From: Candidatus Poseidoniales archaeon | GTDB lineage: Archaea; Thermoplasmatota; Poseidoniia; MGIII; CG-Epi1 | Direction: 5' to 3' | DNA: 64,000 nt | Assembly (NCBI GenBank): GCA_045567955.1 | Contig: JBJLBX010000018.1 | Location: 9,292-73,291, forward strand | Shown here: positions 40,801 through 49,147 of the stretch, piece by piece | Layout: every line of letters begins with the position of its first letter | Numbering within the stretch: position 1 is the first letter of the stretch | Program-made: the position numbers and the translations under genes | Notes under the pieces: model-generated | The model's database searches: none | Seen by the model: the letters and a program-made list of their open reading frames with translations, nothing else | Told to the model about the DNA's origin: nothing

Positions 40801-43163
40801 AAAACTACTTAGTGTGTAAAACTCCAAATGGCATTCAGAGAAGAGATATCGCTACTACTATTTCTTACGAAAAAGCATTGGATTGGATGATTACAAAACA
40901 TCTAGGTTTTGTAGGTCCTAGATCTAAAGAGGATATTGCTTTGGAACTTAAATTATCTGAAGACATTGTCAATCAAACCTTATATGAACTTGAAGAACAA
41001 GGTGTAATTCAAGGCGGTAATTTTATTCTAGGCCGAAGTGCCCCTCAATATCTTTTAGCTGAAGATATAATCTATTTAGAAGCTCAAGCTTTAGGTGATA
41101 TAGATGTAGTTTCAGAAAAAATATTAAGAGAATATATCGATCAAAAACTCTTCCGAAAATTTTCAAGTCTCCAAACTTTATTTGATCAACATAATGATGT
41201 TGCATCACCTAGAACTGTTTATCATAGATTAGAAAATCCAGATCTAGAAGAATGGTGGGAGTGGAGAGACTCAGATGCCATACTCCAAGGAAGATTCTCA
41301 GCCGGGAAACTGAGATATGTACCTGCCAATAAAGTTGGAATGTATCAGGCTTTATTCCGAAGAGAGCCTGATGGAAAAATACAAAATTTAATCGTAGATA
41401 TGTTAAAGAGAAGTCCACCTCTTTCCAAAAGTGAAATATCAAAAGAACTAGAAATAAAAACCGAATTAGTAGATGGTGCCCTAAGAGCTTTAGAAGAGAA
41501 GCTTATGATTCATCGTTATAATAGACATAGAAATCCTTGGACTACTCACAATCGTTATCGTCTTCTTAATGAATATGAATCTCCAGAAAAACCAGAACGA
41601 AAGTTGATGATGGATCAACTACGAAGTTGTGGACCTTTAACTTTTGCTGAATTAAGAAGAGAATGTGGGCTCCCACTAAATATAACTCGAAATGTTTTGA
41701 ATTCTTTACAAGAAGATGATTTGATAGCAAAAATAGTTGTTGTTGGAGCTACTCGCCTTTTTACCTATTGTCTTAAAGAAGAAATCGAACCAATTAAAAA
41801 TACAGTGGAAAAAAGAAAAGTTAGAGTAACATCTTGGAGAGATCCTATTCTAACTCATATTAGAAGAGAAATGTATTCTTCATATGGAGAAGCGTGGACA
41901 AATCCAATTGTTCGTGGAGGTATGGTTTCAGGATATATGGAATCTTGGGCAATGTCTGGATTATTAGATGTTAGAGAAATAATCCTTGATAATAATACTC
42001 CAATTGGTGATTTTTTAGATAGTTTAGATGAATTCGCAACTTACCAAGAAAATTTCCATAGTAATATTATAAGAGTAAAAGCTTTTGCAAGCACAAAAGT
42101 TGAAGATTTAGATGATAAAATTATAAAACAATTTGAAGAAAAAGGATACCAAAGAATCCGAAATTGGTTAGTTAAAGGTCCTGTAATAAATAGAACATAT
42201 CAAGAAAGAGAAATCTATGGATATCTATTGTGGAGGCAAAGCATACATCCTGAAAAAAGATACAAGAATGCCTCAATTGCATTCCGTGAAATGGGTGGAG
42301 TAAGATCGGAATATGAGCTATCTTTAAGAATTCAAGGACGTTTCTTTCATCCAAGAGACTATGGGAATGAGATGGAATTGGTTCAAGGCGTTATGATTCC
42401 AGGGTATTCAACTTATTGTAATGTTAGAGATGCAATTATCTATAGAGATGCGCGAAATATGCCACCTGAACCTGATGATAGAAGACTATTGGCCCTAGCA
42501 ATTGATTCAAAAGGATTACCAAGAGAAGAACTTTATCGTAGAAGTGGTATGGATCCTGACTCTTTCAAACTATCTTTAGCCAGACTTTATCAATCTTTAA
42601 ATTTAGTTAGAACAGCAAGAGGAAACTATCGAACTTTACCAGTAAATAGAATATATGAACCAGAAGAAGCAAAGTTCAATGTTGTAAAAAGACTAATAAT
42701 GTCATTTGGTATTGTTTCTGCAGAAGGGCTTGGAATGCTTCTAAAAGGTGAAATACCAATGGCCGAACTCAGAAGTATCCTACTAAGATTAGAAGATGAA
42801 GATATTCTGGTTAAAGGATTTTTAAAAGAAGATAGTGAAACGCTATATTGGATTATAAAGGATGATATTGAACATGTTAAAGGCCACTTATTTCAAGGAA
42901 GTTTTGTTCTAAATCAGGGCGATAGATTAGCTCATTATCTTAGTGAAGATGTTAAACAAAAATTTGGATTAGGTGCATGTAATGTTATTTTTAGTTCAAC
43001 AAGAATGACTGGGGCATTTAAGATGTCTAAAAGAGGTAAGGATGTTACTATAATTGAATTTAAGGGAACCAATCATGAAAGACATGTTATCGAGGCATGG
43101 TGTAGACAATGGAGACTAAATCTTGAATGGGAACTAAAAACTGATGAAAAAATTGAGGTCTAA
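37827..43163 (+). CDS. lhr: Lhr-family ATP-dependent helicase with long C-terminal winged-helix region
   Basis: Motifs SPTGTGKT, ISPLKALAND, ITTPESL, DEIH, GLSAT, HHGSLS, LELGID, QRIGRAGH and PSW.GE. Confidence 0.95.
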   Translation: MVTYISNRKTKEEVLDDFEPLISTWFNNKFDDLTPPQAMAVPLIDNNENVLVSSPTGTGKTLTAFLSILNNFLKIHREGNFEDGVHAIYISPLKALANDIDRNLKQPLDEMMVLAEELNIDVPEIKVAVRSGDTSLKERARMVRKPPHILITTPESLGLLLSSKKFRDHFRKTRYIILDEIHDLANNKRGTHLSLSVERLAQIIDHEPVRIGLSATQAPIEDIAGFLGGYSKGKPRHVNIVDVKERKHLDLKVLCPVDDLTLHSTEVINSKMYDLLVDLIQDHRTTLIFTNTRAGTESISLQLKERGIEKLAAHHGSLSKEMRFDVEKKLKKGEMDVVISSTSLELGIDIGYVDLVVQIGSPKSIAKGLQRIGRAGHALRAISKGRLVVFDSDDLIECAVLVKSAYEGEIDRVSIPEKATDVLAQSIIGMSLDRTWNVEEMYRLVISAYPYRDLSKNEFLEILDFLGGDALEKHGVYPKIWYDKTGDEIGIKRGSRQIYNMNIGTIPQEINYAVVLEGRGAQLGNLSEKFVENLSKNDIFVLGGRTYQFLESNRSTVVVKDGLGRKPTVPSWSGEMLPRSFDLSEAVGRFRGEVEEKLKLTEDEIYNWLGDEYKLDKGAARTIISHLDEQKKICGFIPSDKRLMVEGYVDNRGRSGAIFHFPFGRRVNDALARAFAFQLGKEIGGSVRISLSDDAFLLTFPTRLAIEGLADRLMPKNLEPLLRKSITNTEIFAQRFRHCANRSFMVLRNYKGREISLPRQQLRTAQVLEAINEVGTFPMLEEAYREVLHDAFDLKNAQVIIDDIGNKKRKIDYRTYSPVPSPLSHSLILSGLSDIVLMEDRSALLRELHSQVLGRVLEEGGGDKPRFEKDLIEGYFNEKRPIIGSNEGIIQAINQIGGIYLLSDQEKSIYRMSDMPIAEIQELCNYMIEENIVESVWNGNKDSLFVVPALVPYYKAIYGIDEKLSKEAKKVYDKLKKVKDVKSKKICEELEKNYLVCKTPNGIQRRDIATTISYEKALDWMITKHLGFVGPRSKEDIALELKLSEDIVNQTLYELEEQGVIQGGNFILGRSAPQYLLAEDIIYLEAQALGDIDVVSEKILREYIDQKLFRKFSSLQTLFDQHNDVASPRTVYHRLENPDLEEWWEWRDSDAILQGRFSAGKLRYVPANKVGMYQALFRREPDGKIQNLIVDMLKRSPPLSKSEISKELEIKTELVDGALRALEEKLMIHRYNRHRNPWTTHNRYRLLNEYESPEKPERKLMMDQLRSCGPLTFAELRRECGLPLNITRNVLNSLQEDDLIAKIVVVGATRLFTYCLKEEIEPIKNTVEKRKVRVTSWRDPILTHIRREMYSSYGEAWTNPIVRGGMVSGYMESWAMSGLLDVREIILDNNTPIGDFLDSLDEFATYQENFHSNIIRVKAFASTKVEDLDDKIIKQFEEKGYQRIRNWLVKGPVINRTYQEREIYGYLLWRQSIHPEKRYKNASIAFREMGGVRSEYELSLRIQGRFFHPRDYGNEMELVQGVMIPGYSTYCNVRDAIIYRDARNMPPEPDDRRLLALAIDSKGLPREELYRRSGMDPDSFKLSLARLYQSLNLVRTARGNYRTLPVNRIYEPEEAKFNVVKRLIMSFGIVSAEGLGMLLKGEIPMAELRSILLRLEDEDILVKGFLKEDSETLYWIIKDDIEHVKGHLFQGSFVLNQGDRLAHYLSEDVKQKFGLGACNVIFSSTRMTGAFKMSKRGKDVTIIEFKGTNHERHVIEAWCRQWRLNLEWELKTDEKIEV

Positions 43164-44017
43164 CTAAATTCTCTATAAACCTTATCAGGTATTACAGAAT
43201 GAATTCTATCAGCTTGCTTATCACTTATGATTTCTTCATCTAATGCTTTAAAAGTTTTACGAGGAACCGATTTGGGACCCATTACTGCACCAGGTCTATT
43301 AGGGTCATCTAAATAATCTGTTTCTAACATAAAATCAGAATCTCGGACTGATGCATAACGTATGTTGGTTAAAGAAGAAGTCAGAGAAACTACTAAGCCA
43401 TTGGGTTCCTCAATCGAGCCTGGACCGCCATAATGTTTTACTAAACGGTCTTTAGGAAAATTAGCTTTAGATGCAATAAATGCTAAATCAGCCATAACGT
43501 CAGGAGTGCCAGTCTCAGTGTGAAGTACAACTGAAGCATCTACTTCTTTCGCTCGAGATAATGATTCTGATAATACTTTGTTGGATAATTCCCAAATTTC
43601 AGATTCAACACTAAAGTGAGGACGGCCAAGCTCACCTAAACCTACTATTTCATTTTCACTAACTAAATTTGTGCAGTGATTTACAGCTTCAAGATATAAT
43701 TCTGAGGCTTCTAAAATAGATTTAGAATCTAATAATTTAACTAGAGTTATTGGATGTGGTGCTGCAACAACGGCAACTTTAGCGCCTACTTGACGAGCTT
43801 TGGAGGCGAGAGTTAGAGTCGTGTTGACTTGCGTTTTAAATTCTTCGAGTTTATTCCATTTATTATATGGCTTATGAACTAAAACCAATCTTGTCCCACC
43901 TGCATTTAAAAAATCTTTAACGGCCAATTCTTTTCTACCCTCTGGATCTAAATGAAAATGGTTGTCTGTAATCTCCACAAATAAGTAATTAGATGACTGC
44001 GTATAGGCTTTACTCAT
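43160..44017 (-). CDS. TatD-related metal-dependent hydrolase (archaeal)
   Basis: Motifs TDNHFH, GE.GRPH, LHTE, VKHY and ETDYLDD..RPGAV.GP. The start may be GTG at 43978. Confidence 0.88.
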   Translation of the reverse strand: MSKAYTQSSNYLFVEITDNHFHLDPEGRKELAVKDFLNAGGTRLVLVHKPYNKWNKLEEFKTQVNTTLTLASKARQVGAKVAVVAAPHPITLVKLLDSKSILEASELYLEAVNHCTNLVSENEIVGLGELGRPHFSVESEIWELSNKVLSESLSRAKEVDASVVLHTETGTPDVMADLAFIASKANFPKDRLVKHYGGPGSIEEPNGLVVSLTSSLTNIRYASVRDSDFMLETDYLDDPNRPGAVMGPKSVPRKTFKALDEEIISDKQADRIHSVIPDKVYREFS

Positions 44018-44064
44018 TTAGCAGCATAATTTTTATATCAAGTGGTTGTTAGAATAATAATAGT

Positions 44065-46149
44065 ATGACCTCTCTAAGAACCTTCATGTTTTTGGCTGTG
44101 ATAATTAGCCTTAGCTTTGCTATAAGCTCAGCAAGTGCTGAGGATGAATACGAATTTAGATTTGATGATCCTGTCAATGGAGAAGGAAATGTAGACCCTG
44201 AGGCTACAATTTACTTAAAAGTAGAAATTGAAAATTATCTAGATATTATGCATGAATTTGAATTACATATAACTAATTCTAATGATTTAGAGAGCTCTGG
44301 GATAGAAACTTGGTGGAGTAATGATGGACAAGATAATGTTTCTTCAGCTAAATCTACCTACTTATCTTCTGTTGAAGTTCCTGATTCTTCTGTAAGAGAA
44401 GGCATAACTATTACTGTAAGTGCAACCAGTAATGCGCTCTATGGAACCTATGATATTGAATTGAGATGTCGAGATAAAGATAATAGCGATCCAGAAGGGA
44501 CTAAACAATTACAGACGTTATCTGTAAGTGTTAATCAAAAGGCTGGAGTCTCTTTAGAGATAGCTGAAGAGGGATCCACGGAAGGTTCAATAGATATAGA
44601 CAGTGAAACTACATATCTTATTAAAGTTAATAATGATGGGAATAAAGAAGATACCATTAGTCTTTCATTTTCTTCAAATGATTGGGACGCTGATTTTGAT
44701 ACTAATTCAGTCACAATTCAACCATTCTCAAGCCAAAATGTAATTTTAACTATTGAAACCGATGATGATGTTGAATATGGCGAAAATGACGAGATAACTC
44801 TGATGGGAACTTCTGGGAATTCAGGAGATAAAAAAGGTACTTTAGATTTAACTACATATGTTAGAGTATTATATGGTTTAGACATCACTGCCACAACAGT
44901 TACCAAATCTGGAGAACCCGGAGATCAATTGATATTTAACTTTCAAGTAATGAATAAATGGTCTGAAAGTGTAGATTTTGAAATAACAAAAAAAGATTGG
45001 TACAGAGGAACTATTGACAATAAACCAGACTCTGGATGGGGACATAATGATGGAACTGGAACACTAGATGCCTTTGAAGAAATAACAACATCCAGTTCTA
45101 ATAGCCTAAAAATTTCCATATCTTCTAGTGCCGATGCAGGAGAAGTTGTAACTATTATTGTAATTGCTAAAGTTTCTACAGATAATGATCTTATTGGAGC
45201 AATCGAAACTGAAATACAAGTACGTGTTGAAGGAAATTATGAAGTTCAGCTATCATTGCCTCAAAGTGACAAAATATATTTAGATGCAGGGAAATCAATA
45301 AGTACCTCAAAATATATAAAAGTTAAAAATTTTGCTAAAGTCAGCGATTTAATTACTATAACTACCGATTGGGAAATTGGAGGCAATGATTGGACGAAAA
45401 CTCACGATTCTACTATTGTAATTGCTGCAAGTAGTGAAAAAGAAATTGAAATATTTGTAAAAGCTCCAACCGATGTTGAGGACGGAAATCAAGCTATCCT
45501 AAAAATTAGAGTTACTTCTGGTGGAGATGATACACAATATGATGAGAGAAGTATAACTTTTTCTGTTAATTCTGTAGCTTCTACAGCCGGACCTGAAACT
45601 GAAAAATTAGATGAAGAAGGGAATTTACCCATTGATCCTATTTGGCTAGTTTCAATTGTTCTTATAATTGGTTTAGGAAGTGCTGCTGTCTTTGGTCTTC
45701 AACAAAGATCAAAAGGCGCTTTTGGAGGGTCTGAAGAAAATACTAATGATTTTAGTGATGAATGGGCTGGCATGGAAGGTACTGCCGGAACACCACCTCC
45801 TCAGTCACCTATGGCTCCTCCGCAACCTGCTGCACCTCCTCCTGCTGCTCCTCCTGTAGCTCCACCACAACCTGCTGCCCCTCCTGCAGCTCCACCACAA
45901 CCTGCTGGAGCTCCGCCAAGCACAGCTGCAATTCCGCAGCCTGCCGCTCCACCTCCACAAGCACCTCCGCAACCTGCCGCTCCTCCTGTAGCACCCCCTC
46001 CTGCTGCACCTACTATTTTGACAGTCACAGTACCTGAAGGCGTAATGGCTGGACAACAAATACAGATTAAAGCACCTACTGGACAACTAGTGAACGTAAA
46101 GGTTCCTGAAGGGTGTGGGCCTGGTTCCCAATTCAAAATACAAATTTAA
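44065..46149 (+). CDS. secreted, membrane-anchored surface protein (Ig-like repeats, TM helix, Pro-rich tail)
   Basis: Signal peptide (..ASA|ED), acidic beta-rich repeats (V.N.GN.ED), TM helix PIWLVSIVLIIGLGSAAVFGL and a Pro/Ala/Gln linker. Confidence 0.8.
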   Translation: MTSLRTFMFLAVIISLSFAISSASAEDEYEFRFDDPVNGEGNVDPEATIYLKVEIENYLDIMHEFELHITNSNDLESSGIETWWSNDGQDNVSSAKSTYLSSVEVPDSSVREGITITVSATSNALYGTYDIELRCRDKDNSDPEGTKQLQTLSVSVNQKAGVSLEIAEEGSTEGSIDIDSETTYLIKVNNDGNKEDTISLSFSSNDWDADFDTNSVTIQPFSSQNVILTIETDDDVEYGENDEITLMGTSGNSGDKKGTLDLTTYVRVLYGLDITATTVTKSGEPGDQLIFNFQVMNKWSESVDFEITKKDWYRGTIDNKPDSGWGHNDGTGTLDAFEEITTSSSNSLKISISSSADAGEVVTIIVIAKVSTDNDLIGAIETEIQVRVEGNYEVQLSLPQSDKIYLDAGKSISTSKYIKVKNFAKVSDLITITTDWEIGGNDWTKTHDSTIVIAASSEKEIEIFVKAPTDVEDGNQAILKIRVTSGGDDTQYDERSITFSVNSVASTAGPETEKLDEEGNLPIDPIWLVSIVLIIGLGSAAVFGLQQRSKGAFGGSEENTNDFSDEWAGMEGTAGTPPPQSPMAPPQPAAPPPAAPPVAPPQPAAPPAAPPQPAGAPPSTAAIPQPAAPPPQAPPQPAAPPVAPPPAAPTILTVTVPEGVMAGQQIQIKAPTGQLVNVKVPEGCGPGSQFKIQI
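45790..46012 (+). repeat. low-complexity coding repeat (PPQPAAPP-type units)
   Basis: Degenerate CCT/GCT/CAA-rich tandem units within the CDS. Confidence 0.85.
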
Positions 46150-46225
46150 GCAGGCGTGGTCTAGTCTGGTATGACTAGGGGTTTCCAACCCCTCAACCTG
46201 GGTTCAAATCCCGGCGCCTGCACCA
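46150..46225 (+). tRNA. tRNA-Gly(TCC) with encoded CCA
   Basis: GCAGGCGTGGTCTAGTCTGGTATGACTAGGGGTTTCCAACCCCTCAACCTGGGTTCAAATCCCGGCGCCTGCACCA, with anticodon stem AGGGG/CCCCT. Confidence 0.97.
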
Positions 46226-46271
46226 AATTTATGGTAAAAGAATTTATAACAGCACATATAATTTAGGGTAT

Positions 46272-47330
46272 ATGAAATATTTATCTGTCTGGATTATTGG
46301 CATACTCATCTTTTCAGGGTGCTTAGATTTTCTCGATGAAGATAACGAGAATGGAGCGCCAGTAGCTGTAATCAAAATTGAAGGTGATTCGCCTTTTGAA
46401 CCAGATACTGACATTATTTTTTCAGGTAAAGGAAGTAATGACCCTGACAATGATATTTTAGAATACTATTGGGATTTTGATAATAGTGATGGAAATGATG
46501 AAAACAAAATAGGTAGCATCAGCGAATTTGGGAAAATTATTCATTATTATTCTATTGAAAAAACATATACTGTAACATTGACAGTTAGTGATGGTGACAA
46601 GACAGCCTCAACAACGGTAAATATTAAGATTGAAAGAAGTTCAAGCGATATTAGAGCTATTGTTAATACAGATGATGAAACTGAAGCTGTGATGGATGGG
46701 GAAGAACAAATAACCTATACATTCTCAGCTGCAGAATCTGAATCTGAAAGTGATATTATAAAATATGAATGGGATTTTTCCTATGAATCTTCAGATGGTT
46801 TCACTGTGGATGAAGAATCTTCTGAACCAGAAATTAATAAGAAATTTGATTCTGGATTATATATGGTTAAAGTCAGAATTACAAACGAGGTAGGTGAAAG
46901 TGATGAATCTAGTTATTCGGATGACGTTGAATTAAAGATAAATTTTGATTACGAAACTACCAGAACTATAGATTCTGGACAACAAGAACATATTGTTCAA
47001 CTTTATGGATTGCCTGCAAGATATATCAGGGCAACATTAGAGTATGAAAGTAATTCAGTCCATACAAAAGATTTAGATTTATATTTGTATAATACTACAC
47101 AAGATAGAAATCCTGATGATAGTGATGATGAACATGTAGACAGCAATACTACACATAATAATGATGATATTGAGCAAATAAATATTATTGAATTAGATTA
47201 TTACAATAATACTGATCGTTCGTGGTTTGATGAATCACATGAGCTAGGAGATTGGACTATTGTCGTAGATCATGAAAGAACTGGTTCTTCTGAATATACT
47301 CTTAGAATTGAAGTTATTTATTGGGAATAA
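46272..47330 (+). CDS. PKD-domain lipoprotein
   Basis: Lipobox-like LIFSGC and PKD motifs S.DPD....Y.WDF and Y.VTLTVSDG. Confidence 0.85.
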   Translation: MKYLSVWIIGILIFSGCLDFLDEDNENGAPVAVIKIEGDSPFEPDTDIIFSGKGSNDPDNDILEYYWDFDNSDGNDENKIGSISEFGKIIHYYSIEKTYTVTLTVSDGDKTASTTVNIKIERSSSDIRAIVNTDDETEAVMDGEEQITYTFSAAESESESDIIKYEWDFSYESSDGFTVDEESSEPEINKKFDSGLYMVKVRITNEVGESDESSYSDDVELKINFDYETTRTIDSGQQEHIVQLYGLPARYIRATLEYESNSVHTKDLDLYLYNTTQDRNPDDSDDEHVDSNTTHNNDDIEQINIIELDYYNNTDRSWFDESHELGDWTIVVDHERTGSSEYTLRIEVIYWE

Positions 47331-47340
47331 TTGATTCAAA

Positions 47341-47619
47341 GTGTTTGAAATTATTAAACCATGCCTGAATTGTAAATCTTTCGTTCTTAAGCCTAAAAAA
47401 GAAATTAGACTAAACTTAGAAGAGATTATTGAAATCATTAAAAAAAGGGAATTTGTTGTAAAAGCATACACTGGTTCTTTATTATCTATATTCAAAAAAT
47501 GTAAAATAAATATTTATAGTTCGGGGAAAATTGTTGTGATTACAAAAGATAAGGAGATAATTAACGATATCAAAAAAGAATTAAGTAGTATTTTATATCC
47601 TTACATCCAATCAGATTAA
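47341..47619 (+). CDS. small conserved archaeal hypothetical protein (single TBP-like half-fold)
   Basis: N-terminal KPC and INIYSSGKIVV motif. Confidence 0.6.
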   Translation: MFEIIKPCLNCKSFVLKPKKEIRLNLEEIIEIIKKREFVVKAYTGSLLSIFKKCKINIYSSGKIVVITKDKEIINDIKKELSSILYPYIQSD

Positions 47620-47636
47620 ACACTAAGTGGTGAAAA

Positions 47637-48644
47637 TTGAAAACAGAACCGTTTGTATCTATTGTAATCCCAACAACTGGAAAAGTAAAATTTATAAGAG
47701 GATTAGTCGAAAGTGTAATCAAGTTAGACTATCCTAAGAATAGATTTGAACTAATTCTAGTTGGTGATAAAAACACGGATTTAATAGATAAACATTCTAG
47801 AATAGCTATTGATAATGGGATAGATACAACTCTAATTTTTGAACCAGTACCTGCAGGAGAAAAACGGAATATTGGTTCTAAAAAGGCTAAAGGTGATTTG
47901 ATTGCGTTCACTGATGACGACACCATCTTAAGAGAAGATTGGATTAAAAACTCTGTAAAACATTTAGAACAAAATGAAGAGTATGTGGGAGTTGGGGGGC
48001 CTAATTTTACACCTAGACAAGGATTACCCTTTGCTAAAGCCGTTGGAAGAATCTTTGGTTCTAAGTTTTTATTTTCTTTTAGATATACTATAGGTCATGC
48101 TAAACCAAGAGAAATTTCTCACAATCCTACTTGTAATTATATTATCAAAAAAGAGATTGTTAATAAAATAAAATTCCATCCTAATCTGTGGCCTGGTGAA
48201 GATGTAGAATTTGATATTCGTGTTCTAAAAGCAGGACATAAAATTCTTTACTCACCTGATGTTGTTGTATGGCATCATCGTAGATCAAGACCTAGTGCAT
48301 TTCTGAAGCAGATGTTTAATTATGGTAAAACGAGAGCTCAAGTTACAAGAATGCATCCAAATAGTTTTGATATACGGTATTTTGCCTTTGTTTTTGCGTT
48401 TATTTTCTTAATGTCTCTTTATTTTATCTCATACCAAAATATTGAAATATTTGATATGACTTTAGATATTAAGTTGCCATTATTTTTGAATAGTGCATAC
48501 TTTGCCGTATTAGGATTAGCTGGTTTGTTAGTAGGATATCAAACTAAGAATCTTAAACAAATGCTATATGCTCCTTTAGTTTTATTTATTCAACACTTTG
48601 GATTTTCATTAGGGCTGCTATATGGTTTCCTAACTAAACCATAA
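47637..48644 (+). CDS. family 2 glycosyltransferase with C-terminal TM helices
   Basis: Motifs VSIVIP, RNIG, FTDDD, GEDVEF and V.HHRR. Confidence 0.92.
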   Translation: MKTEPFVSIVIPTTGKVKFIRGLVESVIKLDYPKNRFELILVGDKNTDLIDKHSRIAIDNGIDTTLIFEPVPAGEKRNIGSKKAKGDLIAFTDDDTILREDWIKNSVKHLEQNEEYVGVGGPNFTPRQGLPFAKAVGRIFGSKFLFSFRYTIGHAKPREISHNPTCNYIIKKEIVNKIKFHPNLWPGEDVEFDIRVLKAGHKILYSPDVVVWHHRRSRPSAFLKQMFNYGKTRAQVTRMHPNSFDIRYFAFVFAFIFLMSLYFISYQNIEIFDMTLDIKLPLFLNSAYFAVLGLAGLLVGYQTKNLKQMLYAPLVLFIQHFGFSLGLLYGFLTKP

Positions 48645-48679
48645 GCTAAAGCCTTTAGAAAGGCACTTTTTAGGAGATT

Positions 48680-49102
48680 GTGGATTTAGACTACGAAAAA
48701 CTACTTGAGAGAGCAAGAGAAGGGTTAGAAGAGGTTATGCAAAATGCAGAAAGATTCAATCCACCTATCCCTGATATTATGCATGAAGGTAGTAAAAAAA
48801 CGATAATACGAAACTTTTCAGAAATTATTGATTCGCTAAGAAGAGATGAAACTCATCTATACAAATTTCTTCTCCAAGAGTTAGGTACTGCGGGTTCTGT
48901 GAATAATAGAAGATTAGTGTTACAAGGTAGAGTTCCTGAAAAGAAAATTAAGGATAGAATAAAATCATATATTGAAACATTTGTGGTATGTCAAGAATGC
49001 AATCGGCCTGATACCTCATTTTTACGTGTTGGACGTACGTTAAATTTACATTGCGAAGCTTGTGGAGCAAAACGGCCTATTAGGACTAATTTAATTACTT
49101 AA
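48680..49102 (+). CDS. eif2b: translation initiation factor aIF2 beta subunit
   Basis: Motifs YEKLLERA, T.IRNF, ELGTAG and CQEC.RPDT...CEACGA. Confidence 0.96.
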   Translation: MDLDYEKLLERAREGLEEVMQNAERFNPPIPDIMHEGSKKTIIRNFSEIIDSLRRDETHLYKFLLQELGTAGSVNNRRLVLQGRVPEKKIKDRIKSYIETFVVCQECNRPDTSFLRVGRTLNLHCEACGAKRPIRTNLIT

Positions 49103-49147
49103 ATATTCAAACACACATTCTTTATACACGCGCAATCTAGATAAATA

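Noticed and set aside
45790..46012. Possible CRISPR or non-coding tandem repeat
   Set aside because: The units are degenerate, in frame and lack a repeat-spacer structure. No cas genes are present in the window.
45762..46136. Several Cys/Ser-, Gly/Ala- or Gln/Glu-rich alternative-frame ORFs
   Set aside because: They are by-products of the stop-poor Pro/Ala codon repeat in the surface protein gene.
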